A DNA stretch of 59,902 nucleotides, the filler included, from Platydemus manokwari (Eukaryota), in the NCBI GenBank assembly GCA_037951405.1. It is 6 parts of 6 records of this genome, joined end to end, with 100 filler letters (N's around TTAATTAATTAA, not from the genome) between each part and the next. Parts side by side here need not be neighbours in the genome. Positions count along the whole stretch, not along the records: positions 18,268 to 30,899 come from JBBMOY010037791.1; positions 31,000 to 41,263 come from JBBMOY011151993.1; 4 more parts are not named here. The stretch is one strand, 5' to 3'. Each line of letters begins with the position of its first letter. Within the stretch, counting starts at the first letter, position 1. Below are positions 25,637-38,672 of the stretch, in pieces. The notes below the pieces were generated by a model that saw only the letters and a program-made list of their open reading frames with translations, was not told where the DNA came from and did not search any database. The translations under genes and the position numbers were made by a program.

Positions 25637-26149
25637 CCTGTAATTTTTAATTGGTACGATTTAATCGTTATATTATATTGATCGAATTTTCCTTTCAATT
25701 TTTCTATACCATACTTTTTATGACGACGTTTTATCGAGTTCCATTTGTAGTTTAAACATAAAAAGTGCAACGTTCAAGATCTCAGAGGAGTTACTATCAG
25801 TCTCAATAAACCATCGACCAATTCAAATTTATCAGAATCCGACAGAAACCTTTCCGAATCTCCAATCGATAGTAATAGTCCCAATGAGAAACTTCATGAA
25901 TTGAAACAATTCTATATCATTGACAAAGAATATGGAACGGTATACAAATTTCGTGATTCTTCAGCAAAAAGACGGAAAGCAATGGATAAAATCGATACCG
26001 AAAACGAACAATGTCTCCCGTCCACTTCATCATTTAATCAGTTATTGAATCTCCCAATGTGGTATCGGTTGTTATCCAGTAGCATTAACAAAATTAATAG
26101 ACCTGTTGATAATAACAATAAGGATCTCATTGTACTAAATGATAGCTGA
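24213..26149 (+). CDS. Last two exons (24213-24424, 25751-26149) of an unidentified protein
   Basis: Clean tttag acceptor, CAG|gttggt donor and tgtag acceptor. The phase-0 join gives ..ESVKLICQ-FKHKKCNVQDLRGVTISLNKP.., open to TGA at 26149, with no internal stop over about 200 codons in AT-rich DNA. Confidence 0.7.
25606..25635. repeat. (AAT)n microsatellite
   Basis: Pure AAT run. Confidence 0.9.
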
Positions 26150-29100
26150 TCTTCTTTGATCCGAGATCAATTCATTTGACGACTTACTGACCTAATGATG
26201 ATGATGATGATGGTAAAAAGGCCGCTATTTGCACAATATTTAGCAAACTGCAATAGTTGTAAATTCAAATGTACAGTCTTAAACCTCTCTATCTCTATTT
26301 GTTATCTTTCAACAGTGATTTAGTACTTGTTAATTATTTGTGATAATTTTATTTTATTGTCCCGTTATTATTTATTTTTTTTTGATCGCAACTTTCGATT
26401 TTTCAAAAAATTGGTTGATTGTTGCGATTGGCCAATATTGTATTTATTAGTAATATAATGCTGATAATGTTGCCTTTGTTGTATTATCATTATTTTATTA
26501 TTATTATTATTAATATTATTATTATTGAAATATTTTTATTATGATTGTCGATGAAATTTATGATTCAACTTTTCCTTGTTGTTTTTCGGTTTTGACATTG
26601 TCTCATATTTGGAATCAATTGTTTTGTTATGTTTATAACAGATTCGAAATGATTTTCATTATCACTGAATATTAATATCATGAAATGAATTTTATTCGAA
26701 TTAGTCTTTATATATACTGGATTGTCAAGAAAATTTTGTGTAAACATTCGATTATTTTCTCAAGCTTTTCAAAATCCGGGAGATGATGTCAATCGTTTTT
26801 AGAATGTCGTTCGATGAAAATGAACTTGTTTAATTTCGAATCAGAATTTATTTTTCATTGATGGTTTGTTATGTGAAATGGTATACGATATTCCATTTTA
26901 TCGATGGTTGTGTGAATTATTATTGGCTGTAACAATCGATTGAGGAAAAAAAATAGAAAACGTACTATATATAAAGCTATTGAAAATTCTATCACCGACA
27001 TTGAATCAAAATCAGCACCACATCATCGTTTGTACTTGCATCCATTTATTTGAGGAATGAATAACGATTATTTGTTGTCTGGTTTTTTGGACCAATTGGA
27101 AATTATGAGATGTATTTCCAGACTTTTTTCTTCTGTAAGAGAGATTGTTAGTCTAAAATTAATTTTATTTATTTTGCAATCAATATTGTTGGTGAAAATT
27201 ATTTCTAATTTTTGAACCGGTTGTGATGCGAGAACGGCTTAGTTGCTTTTCTGTTACTAAAATTCACGGAATGTGTTTACGATTTGTCAGTGGTATTTGA
27301 ATATCTTTTATCTTGATCTATTTGATAATAATGAACCGTAATTGTATTCCGAATGGGATTTAGAAGATGATTGTTTTATTCGGAATGACTTGCAATAAAG
27401 GCGATGTAATGAAAAATTTTCAAATATAATTTCAATAAGTACGATATTATGAGAATCTTGAATTTTTAAGATTTTCAGTTGTATCCTGGCGTGTATTTGA
27501 AAATGAGTGCTGCGAAGAGTTTTTAAAGTGTAATTTAAAAATCATCAAAGAATTTTCCAATTATTATTGACTGCATTCTGTTAATTACTTTTCTATATTT
27601 GACTTTCAATTTTAGAAAATCGAAATAATATTTGGAACTCGCTTGTAACGATTATGTAAAAATAATATTTATCTTGCTACTACATTGCATAACATCACAA
27701 ACATCATTCTTGAATTGTTTACATTTATTAGAATTAATTCCAGAGATTATTCGTAATTTCAAAATTGCATATGTCGAATGATGAGATCTTGGCTTAAATT
27801 AAGAAAGTGTCCTTTGACCTAATTCCAATGTAATGATTTTTCGTGCATTGTTTAATTTCAAAATTTATTTATAATGATATTTAACTTAAATTTAATTTTA
27901 GATTAAAAAAAAGGAAATAACCAGCTAAATTCTATCAGAAAATCACAATCTCATTTGACGTTTTGAGCATAAATGTCTCGGTTATCTGGATTCACAGAAC
28001 ATTTAGAAAGAATCACAATGCCATTTTGATAATCTAAGTTTGGAAGGCATCTATAAGACCTCTAATAAAACTAATTTGTCTTCATAAATCCTCAATTATC
28101 TATAAAGTGATACTTTAGTTGTTTTTTTAATATTTATTTTGCAATTTTTCTTTCTAGAATTATCGCAACTGGATTTGAAATAGAAAGGAGACGACAGCAA
28201 GAAATCATCATATTTTATAACAATAAAATATTTTAATATTTACTCTATTTTGGAGATATTTTATCATTTTATGAATATTGATTTATATAAATAATTCAGT
28301 TAATATCTCACATTTTATGATGTCGAATAGGAACTAAATAGAATTGGTAAACCAAGTTCTTATTCTAATTACAACACTTCTATATGATTTTTTTAAATTA
28401 ATTTTTTAAAAATTATAGATCGAGATAATTAACTACTAACATGTTTAATAATCTAATATTACTTATTTTTATAAAATAAATGTAAAATTTTAAAGTATAT
28501 TGCAATTTGGTTTTTGTTGTTAAAAAGGGATCCTTGCTCATTTTCAATTTGAACTGATTGAACCCCTTTTTCAAATAATCAAATTTTAGGATATTTAAAA
28601 CCTCTAACCTATTTAACATTTGACTTCAAACAACTAAAATTCATCTGAAGTACTTAAATAAAAATTTCTAAAATTTATTAATGAATATAATTAAATTAAA
28701 CTATATAGATGTTTGCAATGCACTCAACAAATTCAAAATTTTATTTATGAATCCCATTTCTTCACTTTAGCCGAGATCTTTAATGCAAACTTATGATCTT
28801 GATTGATCCTTAACATTTCAAAATGAACGAAAAATATATTTACTTGATTAGAATATTTAAGAAAGTCTAATTATTGAACAGAAATAGATGAATTTAAAAA
28901 CAATCGGGAAGAACATTTTTTGTTTTAAATTGGTAATAAATATATCTCCAAGATTTAAGTGTCTTTCTGAATTGTTTAACTTAGAAAATTCACTCTGAAC
29001 GATAGGAAATATTCGATAGAATATTTAGCAAAGTCTTATCAATTCTGCTAATTCGGATAGTAAAAATTTCTTTGAAAGAAAATGCACATTAGTCTGTAAT

Positions 29101-29439
29101 TGTTATTTAATAGACACGTACAATGGCCGATTACTTGTTTCTGTGATGCCAGTTTATACATAATTTGCATTTACATATAAATGTGTCTATGGATTTTCTT
29201 GTTTTTATTAAAACATATGGTAGAACTGAAATTTTATAATAATTGCATCTCATTTAAATAAAAACAAATTGCTTCACTACATTTTACCCATGTTTCTTTT
29301 TTATAGTCATCTCAAGGGTCTTGGTTCTCATACCATTTCTAGTCCGAGTCTTAAAACAACAAATCATCACTAAATTTTCGTCATCACCATTTTAATTTGT
29401 GAGAGATTCACAATGTCATTAGTTCACCACCACTGTTGA

Positions 29440-29850
29440 AGCTGCAGCTTATATTCATTCTACAGGTTCACTGGTGCTGATGCACATGAAACACAATGTG
29501 TTTCTAGATTTCATTGACCAGTTTTTGCGAAACTGTAGATCGGATGTGTATTTCGACCCTTGATCCGTTAATATTCGTAACACTCTTCGATCTGATCTGA
29601 TTATTTGAACAACTGAAAACTTATCATGGTAATTTGGGTCCACAAACTATTGCACAATGCTATAAAACTTTAAAGTTAATTTTGAAAACAATGAACCTAA
29701 ATAAAAGGAAATTTCTATTGAGATTTTCAATAAAATTGACATGACACCTATTTAATCGAGCAAAGCTAACTACACATATAACAATGACGTCAATCATTCC
29801 AGGAGAATTCTTCCACAAATTTCCACACCACTGCCTGTACCTAATCATAA
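29440..29850 (-). mobile_element. Decayed Ty3/Gypsy integrase fragment
   Basis: RYRQWCGNLWKNSPGMIDV..C (cf. RYWWPGM..DV..C..C), followed by RILTDQGSKYTSDLQF (cf. ILTDQGxxFTS in the integrase core). Confidence 0.55.
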
Positions 29851-30899
29851 CAATAAAATCAGTGATGCCTAATCAAGTCGTTTGTTATTTAGAGTTAATA
29901 TTTGGCTTATTACTTACTGGACTTTCAAATATTCTCACTGAATTATTATTAAACTTATCGATTTTGCCTCACATTATGGTTTATAGTTGATGCTGAATTA
30001 AATCAATATATAAGAGAACTTCAACAGGTAAATTATGATTTATTGTGATTGTTAGTATACCTCCTATATACAGTTAGTATAGAATATCTAATATTAATTC
30101 CGATTATCGCCAACGAATCGATGTGGCACAGAACCGCGTTCTTAGAAGGATGAAAATCATGGCAGAAACTTGAAAGAACATGGGTCGACTTTTAGTCCGT
30201 TGGTTGCTGCTTAGCGATTTCATCCATGATTAATCCAAATTCATTTTAAATATATTTAAGATCTCCCGTTGTATGAAACATTTATTCACATTGCCTTAAC
30301 ATTGTGCATACCATATTAACTCATATAATGTCTATGTGATTAGCTAAAAAATGAACTTACTTAACTATGTAAATTGAGAAAAACAAATCCATATGTGGTT
30401 TTTTATAAAACTTAAAATACGAAATAGGAATACTAGTATTCTAATGTTTTTTTATCAATGATTAGTGTAAGAATTCAGGAATAAGTAGATATTAGAAGAA
30501 ACAAACATTATAGATTATCACTGCTATAATTGGAAAACTACACAAATCTAATCTCAATCTATAATAAGGAGAAAATCATTTTATCGATATTTAGTAAAAA
30601 CACTGAAAAGAATTTAAATCTATAATTAAAATTAAAATTAATTAATTAATCTGGAATCTATGTAAAGGAAGCCGTTCTCGAGCTCGTCTTAATTCAGTTT
30701 TTAAATCACGTACGTTACTTTATTTGACAGTAATTTGGAAATAACAAGTATAATTGTGCCCTTGATTATGAAAGTGGTATAAGTCATATATTTCTTGTTT
30801 GGAGATATTAAGGGATTTGCACGTTAAAGAATTAAAAAATATTTGTGTATTATGGAATGAAATATTTTGACAATTAATTAGCGCCGGTAAATCAGCATT

Positions 30900-30999
30900 N
30901 NNNNNNNNNNNNNNNNNNNNNNNNNNNNNNNNNNNNNNNNNNNTTAATTAATTAANNNNNNNNNNNNNNNNNNNNNNNNNNNNNNNNNNNNNNNNNNNN
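30900..30999. other. Artificial contig-joining linker
   Basis: 44 N + TTAATTAATTAA + 44 N. Confidence 0.97.
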
Positions 31000-33629
31000 T
31001 ATAAGAATAATCTATTAAATAATAATAACATATACTTTAAGTGCTTACAATCACACTTGTTCAAAGGCAGTATCAACATAAATAATAAATCTTGGGTTTC
31101 TTTTTTAGTTGAAATGACAAACATCATTATTTTGTCAAGTCTTTTATAATAACTTTCGGTACGTCCACATGTGTGGGCACCAGAACACATGTTTCCATTA
31201 ATAGATTAGCGATTGTTATTCTGTTTATTTAATCATCCATCCTATGTATTATTATATAGTTCAATGAATAGGATAATTATATTTTTTGAAAATTTCAAAA
31301 CTAGAAAACAAATTAAAATAATTTCGTCGAATGAAAAACAAAAACGAGTATAAACACAACAGTTCCATTAGAACAATTTCCTCTGACAAAGAAATCTGTA
31401 TTCTATTGAAGTTCCTATTAAAGTAAATCTTGTGCGGATCAATATATAACTTTGAGGTAATTTTAAAATTTTATATTTAAAAGCTTTTAGGAACAAACAA
31501 ACGAATGTTGGCACGGTTGAATTACTAATTGAAAAAGTTTTAGAATATTTTTATTATGCGTCTAGGCGATATTATAAACTAAAATTTATATTTAAAATCT
31601 AATGTATGTAGGCTTTCACGGTATTGGTGAAATAACCATTATATACTTTTCTAAATAAAGATTTGAATCGATAAATTGAGTGAGTCCATAACTAATTATT
31701 TGTTGATTTGATTTGAAATTATGTCAGCGAATTAATAAAAAAAATTAATTTTGCGTTTGATTGGATTACCAAATTGGAAATTGTTATGTGGCCAGGAAGC
31801 AGAAATACAGACTCACCAACATATTCGGTAATGGTAAATACGGGGATTGGTGAAGTTTTAAATATCATTTAGTTTATGCTTGTGATTTATAAAGACAATA
31901 ATTATGCTGTGCCAGCATCAAATATTTTTTTAATTGATTATCGAATAAAAATATTGTACTCATTTGTACTTATTTTGTGTTCGAGTAATAGGCTTTATCG
32001 GAGTTTGCCGGCATACCCTGGTAAAAAATGTTTCGGTTTTTTATTCTGTTTGATTATCTCGTCGAAAATTTCAGTTTATGTTTCAGTATTGTTTTAATGA
32101 GTGAATTTATCATACGGCAATTTTAATAGGTTTAATTTTGTTATATTAATTATGGTAATTATTAGTTGGGCCTTAAATTATATTAAATTATTTTCCTCTT
32201 GGTCACAAAATCTCCCTGAATTCACATAAAAATATTTTACATTAAAATTTCATGCAAAAAATACTTTTATACACCAAATAAAACCTTATACATTGAAACA
32301 CACAATTAAATGCCAAGGAATCCAAAACCCAATAATTATATTAAATTAAATATTGTTATAATTGCTGTTATTTACTCGTTCTGAGAGGCTTTAATTAGGC
32401 GTATAATAACAATATTAATAGAATTATATAACTGAATATTTGAATGTAATTTAAGTAGTTTTTGTTTATTAATAAGCTTTGTTAAAACTGATTAATATTA
32501 ATATTGTTTTGAACCAATAAATATGGTCATTCGAAGTTTATGTTACATCCCATACTACCTTAGTACAATGTCCAAATTCCAGGACTGATTAGCATAATTT
32601 TTATTAAAGAAGAACGGAATTAACGGACGTGAAAATAACAAAACGTCTTTTGTTGAAATGCACAGTTCAACAGTTAAGTTCGTCACTGCTAAATTTTAAG
32701 GAGAAAAGACATCATAGTATTAGATTCGTGATTATGTGTAGGTTATTAATAGAACTCCAGAGTACTGATTCGACTCAGACATTTTAAACAAGGTGTCAAA
32801 ATATAGAAAAAAATAGAAAATGGCTTGTTATATATTTACGAAATTTGTACTCTTAATGGACAAGACCTTTGCCACTGATATATTTTTATTGAAATTGAGA
32901 TTTTCAATGCACATGTTAAAGGAAAGTAATTGATTATCTGATTAAATTTTTTATTGAATATCTACGTTCTATGAATTGTAAACTTTGAAAATAATTTATC
33001 ATTAGATTAGTATTATATTAAACTAAGAATAAATCTATAGGCTAAAATAAGTTTAAAATCATAAATTATTTTCAGATATTATTTATCTACTTCAAGCAAT
33101 AAAAAATACAGCTTTTCAATTATCTAAGACAATACAGGAGTCCGAGCAGACCCACTAATACTGTGGAGTCAGAATTGGAGCCAATCAAGTTTTTTCCTAA
33201 AAATTAAGGAGTTCGTGACTAAAGATATTATTGAAAAAGATTATTTTATTATTGATGCTGATTGAATGTTAAGATATTAGTGTGTACTTAGTTCTGTCCT
33301 GATCAGAAAATCAAAGATTAAGAAATAAATTTTGAAGTGATATCTAATTTATCCAATATTCTAATCATAATTTAGAAATGGTACAATTTCAAATTGTTGT
33401 GATTTATTATAAAAATTGATTTTATAAATCATAAAAATCGTTTTCATTATGAAGAATAAGTCATTATTTAAAATCAATTGTTAATAAATTTCAACATAAT
33501 AAAATGTAGTTAAATTCCATTTAAAAACTATATGTCGTATCTAAATTAATTCCATGAATAATTTGTGTTTAAATTTTCCATTAAATATAAGTTTATAAAA
33601 TAATTTTTGAAATCGTAAATATTATAAAT

Positions 33630-36600
33630 ATGCTTTCAAACTTAAAAATGTGGTCATATTTATCGAAAGATTCATCTTCACAAGCGAATGCATCTGAAGG
33701 TGTGGATAAAACCGAAAATGAAAATGATCTTAATGGAAATAATAAAAACTTTAATAATATATTAAATACCGATAAAGCCACTGAATGGGGAAGTTAGTAT
33801 TTTTTACGAAATGCAATTATCTGGAATTTTATTTATAAGGCTATTTGTTGGAAGCCGGTAAAGCAGTAACTAATAAAGCGGCAAAGCAAGTTACTTCAAC
33901 TGCTAAGCAGTTACGTCAAAATGTATCTGAAATGAATATAATTGAACGTGGAAATATCATCAATAATTTCTCCAATGAACAATCGAAATTTAAAACAGAA
34001 AAAAGAACGCTTGAGAAGAAAAAAGAAGAAATTTGTTTGCCGTGGATAGACGCACTAAACCATAATGAAAGTGAAGAGCAAAATTTAAAAACAAAAATTC
34101 TTTCAGTGTCTTCTGATGAACGAAATTTTACAAGAAACCCACCGGCAGGGTCGGATTTTGAATTCAATTGCACTCTATATTCACCCGTGGCTTTGCTTTT
34201 GTTAAAAGAAGATCCTCAGTTGGCTGAAATGAGATTTAGGCTTGTTCCTAAAAAGCAAGATTTATTTATTTTTATTATTAAAAACTTTATTTTTATTATT
34301 GATTTTTATTTGTTCATCTGTTGTATTATTTTTGTTAAATTTAGCTGTATAAGATAAGGAATTAGATTGTTAGAATAAAGTTTAAAATAGATAATAAGGA
34401 GGATAAATCTTAATATCAACATCGATATGTTCATATAATGTTAATATAATACAGATGTTATCATTATTTATTTGAAAATGTACATAAAATGACTTCTAGA
34501 TTGATTGTAAATGATATGTTATTAATAAAACACAATTACAATATCAAATATAATGAATCACAATTGAATACCAAATAGAACCTTCGTTTAAACAACGTTT
34601 AAAGAATAATAAATTACATAATATGAGTCAATAGACTAAAAAATGAATTGATAGTTTCATCAATAAATAACTAATTTCGGCGAGAGTTGATTTAATTTCA
34701 TAATCTGGATCTTAATTCAGAGATTTTGATTAATGATTTCGTCTTTTATATTTCCCATTGATGCGTTGAGATGCATGTTTGTGTGTATTGGCAGATGGTG
34801 AAGATCAACACCAGTTGATTGCCAGATCTGTGATTGGCTCCTGGTCAAGTGTGTCCCACTAAATTGTGTCATACTCCTTTCAAGGGATTGTATTAAGGTT
34901 TTAATAATGATTTTATCTTGTTTCTTCTTTGGTATCTCCATTGCACCTAAGATTTTGTTCGAAAATCTTTCCAAATTTCAGCTGTAAGTGTAAAAATACT
35001 CTCAATTTATTCAAACGAACTGTCTGATAAAATCCAGATCACATAATCACACAATAGTCGTGAATAAATACATAATAATATGAAGTCAGTTATAGAATTG
35101 TTAAGCTATATCTGCTTTTGCAATGCTAATTGGGATACAACTGGCTGTCATAAATGATGAATTAATTGTTAATCCTAAAATGAGAAATATATAAACAAAG
35201 CGCTAATATGACTGCCATTGTCTCAAATTGGTTTGTCTGGTGAGTTATCAAATATTTTCTCGTTTCTCAATACACTCTAAAATGTCATAAATCTTATTTG
35301 TTATTTTTTTCTATTTTGATTTGAATTTTGGACTTCATAAGAAATGAATTTCAATATCTAAACTTATAAACATGATCTTCTGAACACAATATCAATGTTT
35401 TTTAAGATTTCCTTCATTTTTCGAGGGTTTCAATCCTTTGTTTCTTAGAAACAAACATTTATTACCACTTGTGATTTATTGTAACTTTCATTAATCATTA
35501 TTTGATAATTTTTATATCTTGATAATATACCTTGATTTTATACCTTAATAATTTTGAACTGTGAAAGAGCTTGTTCCAGAAATAAAAATAAAATTCTTTT
35601 TTTTATTTGCTTGCATTAAAAGCAGCATATGTTGCCTTTGATGATTCTTAATGAAAATTAACGAAACAAGTATTTACATTCCTGATTTTCAAAATTTGAG
35701 CCTTAAAATCCTTTAAACAATGTCACCTGGACAGATTTATTTTCCACGGTTTGGACGGATCTCTTTTTTGAAGATTTTCTCTCTAAAATGTAATAAATGA
35801 TTACACTGTTTAAACAATTCTTTATAATTACCATTAATGTCACATCTTTGCAAAATAACAATTTTATTTTCTTCAGTCCATTTTATTTTCAAGTCTTTCG
35901 TATTATTGTTGGTTTGTTAATATTTTTAAACGCGAAATCCTTCAATTATACACTTATCTCGAGGAACAAAGCTACCATATTTCATAAATCAATCAATAGA
36001 TATCTTTAAAGAAGTTGCCTATACTCCTTCAAAATTCTCCAAGTTTCTCGTCTCCAACACATCTTCATCAATCAACATGCCATACAAATCTTCGCTTTAT
36101 AATTTCACTTAAATTTATTCGTTTTTAAATCCTACCTTTAATTTTATGCAAATTAAATGAAAGATTCAATGTTTCTTGTAAACATTTAACGCGATAGCAT
36201 TCGCTTCATTGAAATTTCTTAAAATTGGGTTTTCTCAATTTTTTGAAGGTTTTTGTTAAAGAATTCTATAGAGATCCAAATATGGGATATGAATACGTTA
36301 TGAACGAGTTATTTTCAAATGTTGTGTGATTTTATAATTATTTACCGATAATAATTAACTTAATTTACAATATATCATACCAAATTATTAAGTTTATTCT
36401 TTTGGTGATGAATACATATTTGCCCATAAATACCAACAGATCACGCAATCTGATCAAGGAAATATTTGAGATTTTGATAATCTGTTTAATCTAGAATATT
36501 TCAAATTGAGCAAAATAATCAATTTTGTTAAATTTTCATCAGAATCTCGGAAAAACGAATTTAGATATTTATTATTATAATAATTCTATTATTAAAAAAT

Positions 36601-37824
36601 TAGAAAAAAATAATTTTATTCTATCTTTATCACAAAATCATATAATTGATTATCGTGCATCTTATTTATTACAAATGAGCTCTAAATATCTGACATCATT
36701 GGATAGAATTGCATAGAATTGTTTTCTCTATTTATATAGATAAAATATCAAATTATAATATTGCGTCATCGTTATTATGATTTTATCAATGATTAGCTGG
36801 TCTAAATAATTCTTCTTACATTTTTTTCATATTTTAATTATTTGATAATACTACTTTTATATATATTTGATAAATGATATTGTTTTAATATTCTATTTTT
36901 TTATAAATAATATTTCATTCTGTTAATGATGTTAAAATAATAATAATAATAAAGCGGCTGAGATTTCTGAAATAACAATCAATCCCCTCCTGTCATGATC
37001 ATTTAGATGATTCTGGATCATTTGATTGTTTGTATCTCCTTTGAATCTCGAAAATTGTCTATTCTTCATCAAATTAATTAGTTTATCATTTTAAATTATT
37101 CAATTTCAGATTCCTTTCTAGATTCAAGGAAATTATGTTTCTTTATATATTAATCTAATAGATTATTTTCTGATGTCAGATTTTTATCATTTTGCTAAAA
37201 TCATCTAATATTTTTAAAGTGTGCATTTTAATTGTAAATGGAAAATATATGGCTCATTGTATTTTTCTGCAAAAATGTGATTCATTTTCTACAGAATTAA
37301 GGAGGATATTTTCTGGCGAAATTATTTCTATCGAATATCTCTAATCAAACAATCATTACAAAACAATTCAAATCAGAAAGAAGTGATTTGTTGTGAAAAA
37401 GTCGATATCGAGAGTAATAAATACATGTTTCGTGAATAATTTTTTATGAATATTTATAATAATCAAGATAATGATAAAAATGCACAACACAAGGATAAAA
37501 GAGAGGAATGTTCAGACACAGTTATTGTCAATATTAATAGAGATAATGATGTTGATGTTCAGCAACTTAAGATTGGTGAGAGTTGATAATTTAATGGTTA
37601 TGATTTAACCCTTGTTAAACCCATTTGAAGCTATGGTGAAATCAGGATCATTCAATAATCAGAAGAAGAACAACGATAATGATGATTGGGAAGCTGAATT
37701 GCAGAAGGAACTATCAGAATTCGAATTGATTAACGAGGATAATGGGAAAGATTTGAACGATTTTGAAGAAAAAGTCGATTTTGATGATTTAGAGAAAGAG
37801 ATCATGTATGAATTGGAGAAATAA
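33630..37824 (+). CDS. SYAP1: Synapse-associated protein 1 / Sap47 (BSD domain), complete, 332 aa; exons 33630-33792, 33840-34254, 37295-37413, 37468-37575, 37631-37824
   Basis: LPWID, [68 protein letters not shown] and C-terminal DWEAELQKELSEFELI match SYAP1. Exons sum to 999 nt; intron 2 is GC-AG. Confidence 0.93.
34700..35040 (-). mobile_element. Decayed RTE-like LINE 3' region inside SYAP1 intron 2 (may extend to about 36150)
   Basis: IESIFTLTAEIW (cf. SxLLYGxETW), ERFSNKILGAMEIPKKKQDKI (cf. ExFxxRCLRxILxIxWxDKI), then QFSG/GHT-like text. Confidence 0.45.
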
Positions 37825-38672
37825 ATTTATCTTTATTTTATATATTGATTATCGGAATATTTTTACAGGTGTGTGTGTAGATACAATGATTTATTTATAA
37901 AGTTTTTATTGGTTTATTGATTTTGTTTTGGAGTTTGATTTGACTGTCTGTATAATATATGATCTGATCAAGTAGTTTATAATTAATTAATATTAGTTGT
38001 TATTATCATTATAATCAAATATAATTTCGGATTATATCATCAGATTTCAGATCTCTTGTGAAATAATCTGTAGACAATAATTTATAAATTAAACTCCAAA
38101 CTCAATATTTATACAATATTTGAAGAATTTGGAAACTACAAGCATATATCTTTGAAAGACTTTCCGTGCATATCTGTAAAATACTAAAATAGCATGGATG
38201 TGATAATCTTAATTTATTTTAATGATTAAAACAAATATCAAGATTTAGTGTTTGATATTTTACTGAAAGTAGAATATGATTAATTTATAATTCAACTGCA
38301 GTAGTATGTAAAGATCACAAAATAGCATTAGTATAGTCGTTGATTATTAAGGAAATGCTTACCACTTATATTTTTATTGGTCTTGCATTCCAAGCCAAAA
38401 CTGTTTGAAAATCTCATTCTTCACCAGACAAGAGAAATTTATAGAATTTCATAATTTTATCAATAATTTTAATTGCTATTCCGACACTTCAAATTTAGTT
38501 TCTTGTTTTTTTTATTTTTAAAGAAAATAACTAAAGATTTCTTTATCTTTTATTTGAAATGTATTTATAGTGAAATCCAAAAACAATAATAATCCAAAAT
38601 AAATCAATAAAATGAGGAAATAAATATTTTATTAATGATTTCTTTCAGAAATCACAAAATTAACTCCAATAG

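Noticed and set aside
24400-25810. REV1 assignment for the unidentified gene (NVQDLRGVTISL vs DMRGVGI)
   Set aside because: Similarity is limited to a few residues, and the flanks do not fit the polymerase little-finger or REV1 C-terminal domains.
31770-32040. Tc1-like WP..SP motif (LEIVMWPGSRNTDSP)
   Set aside because: Too degenerate to support a feature call.
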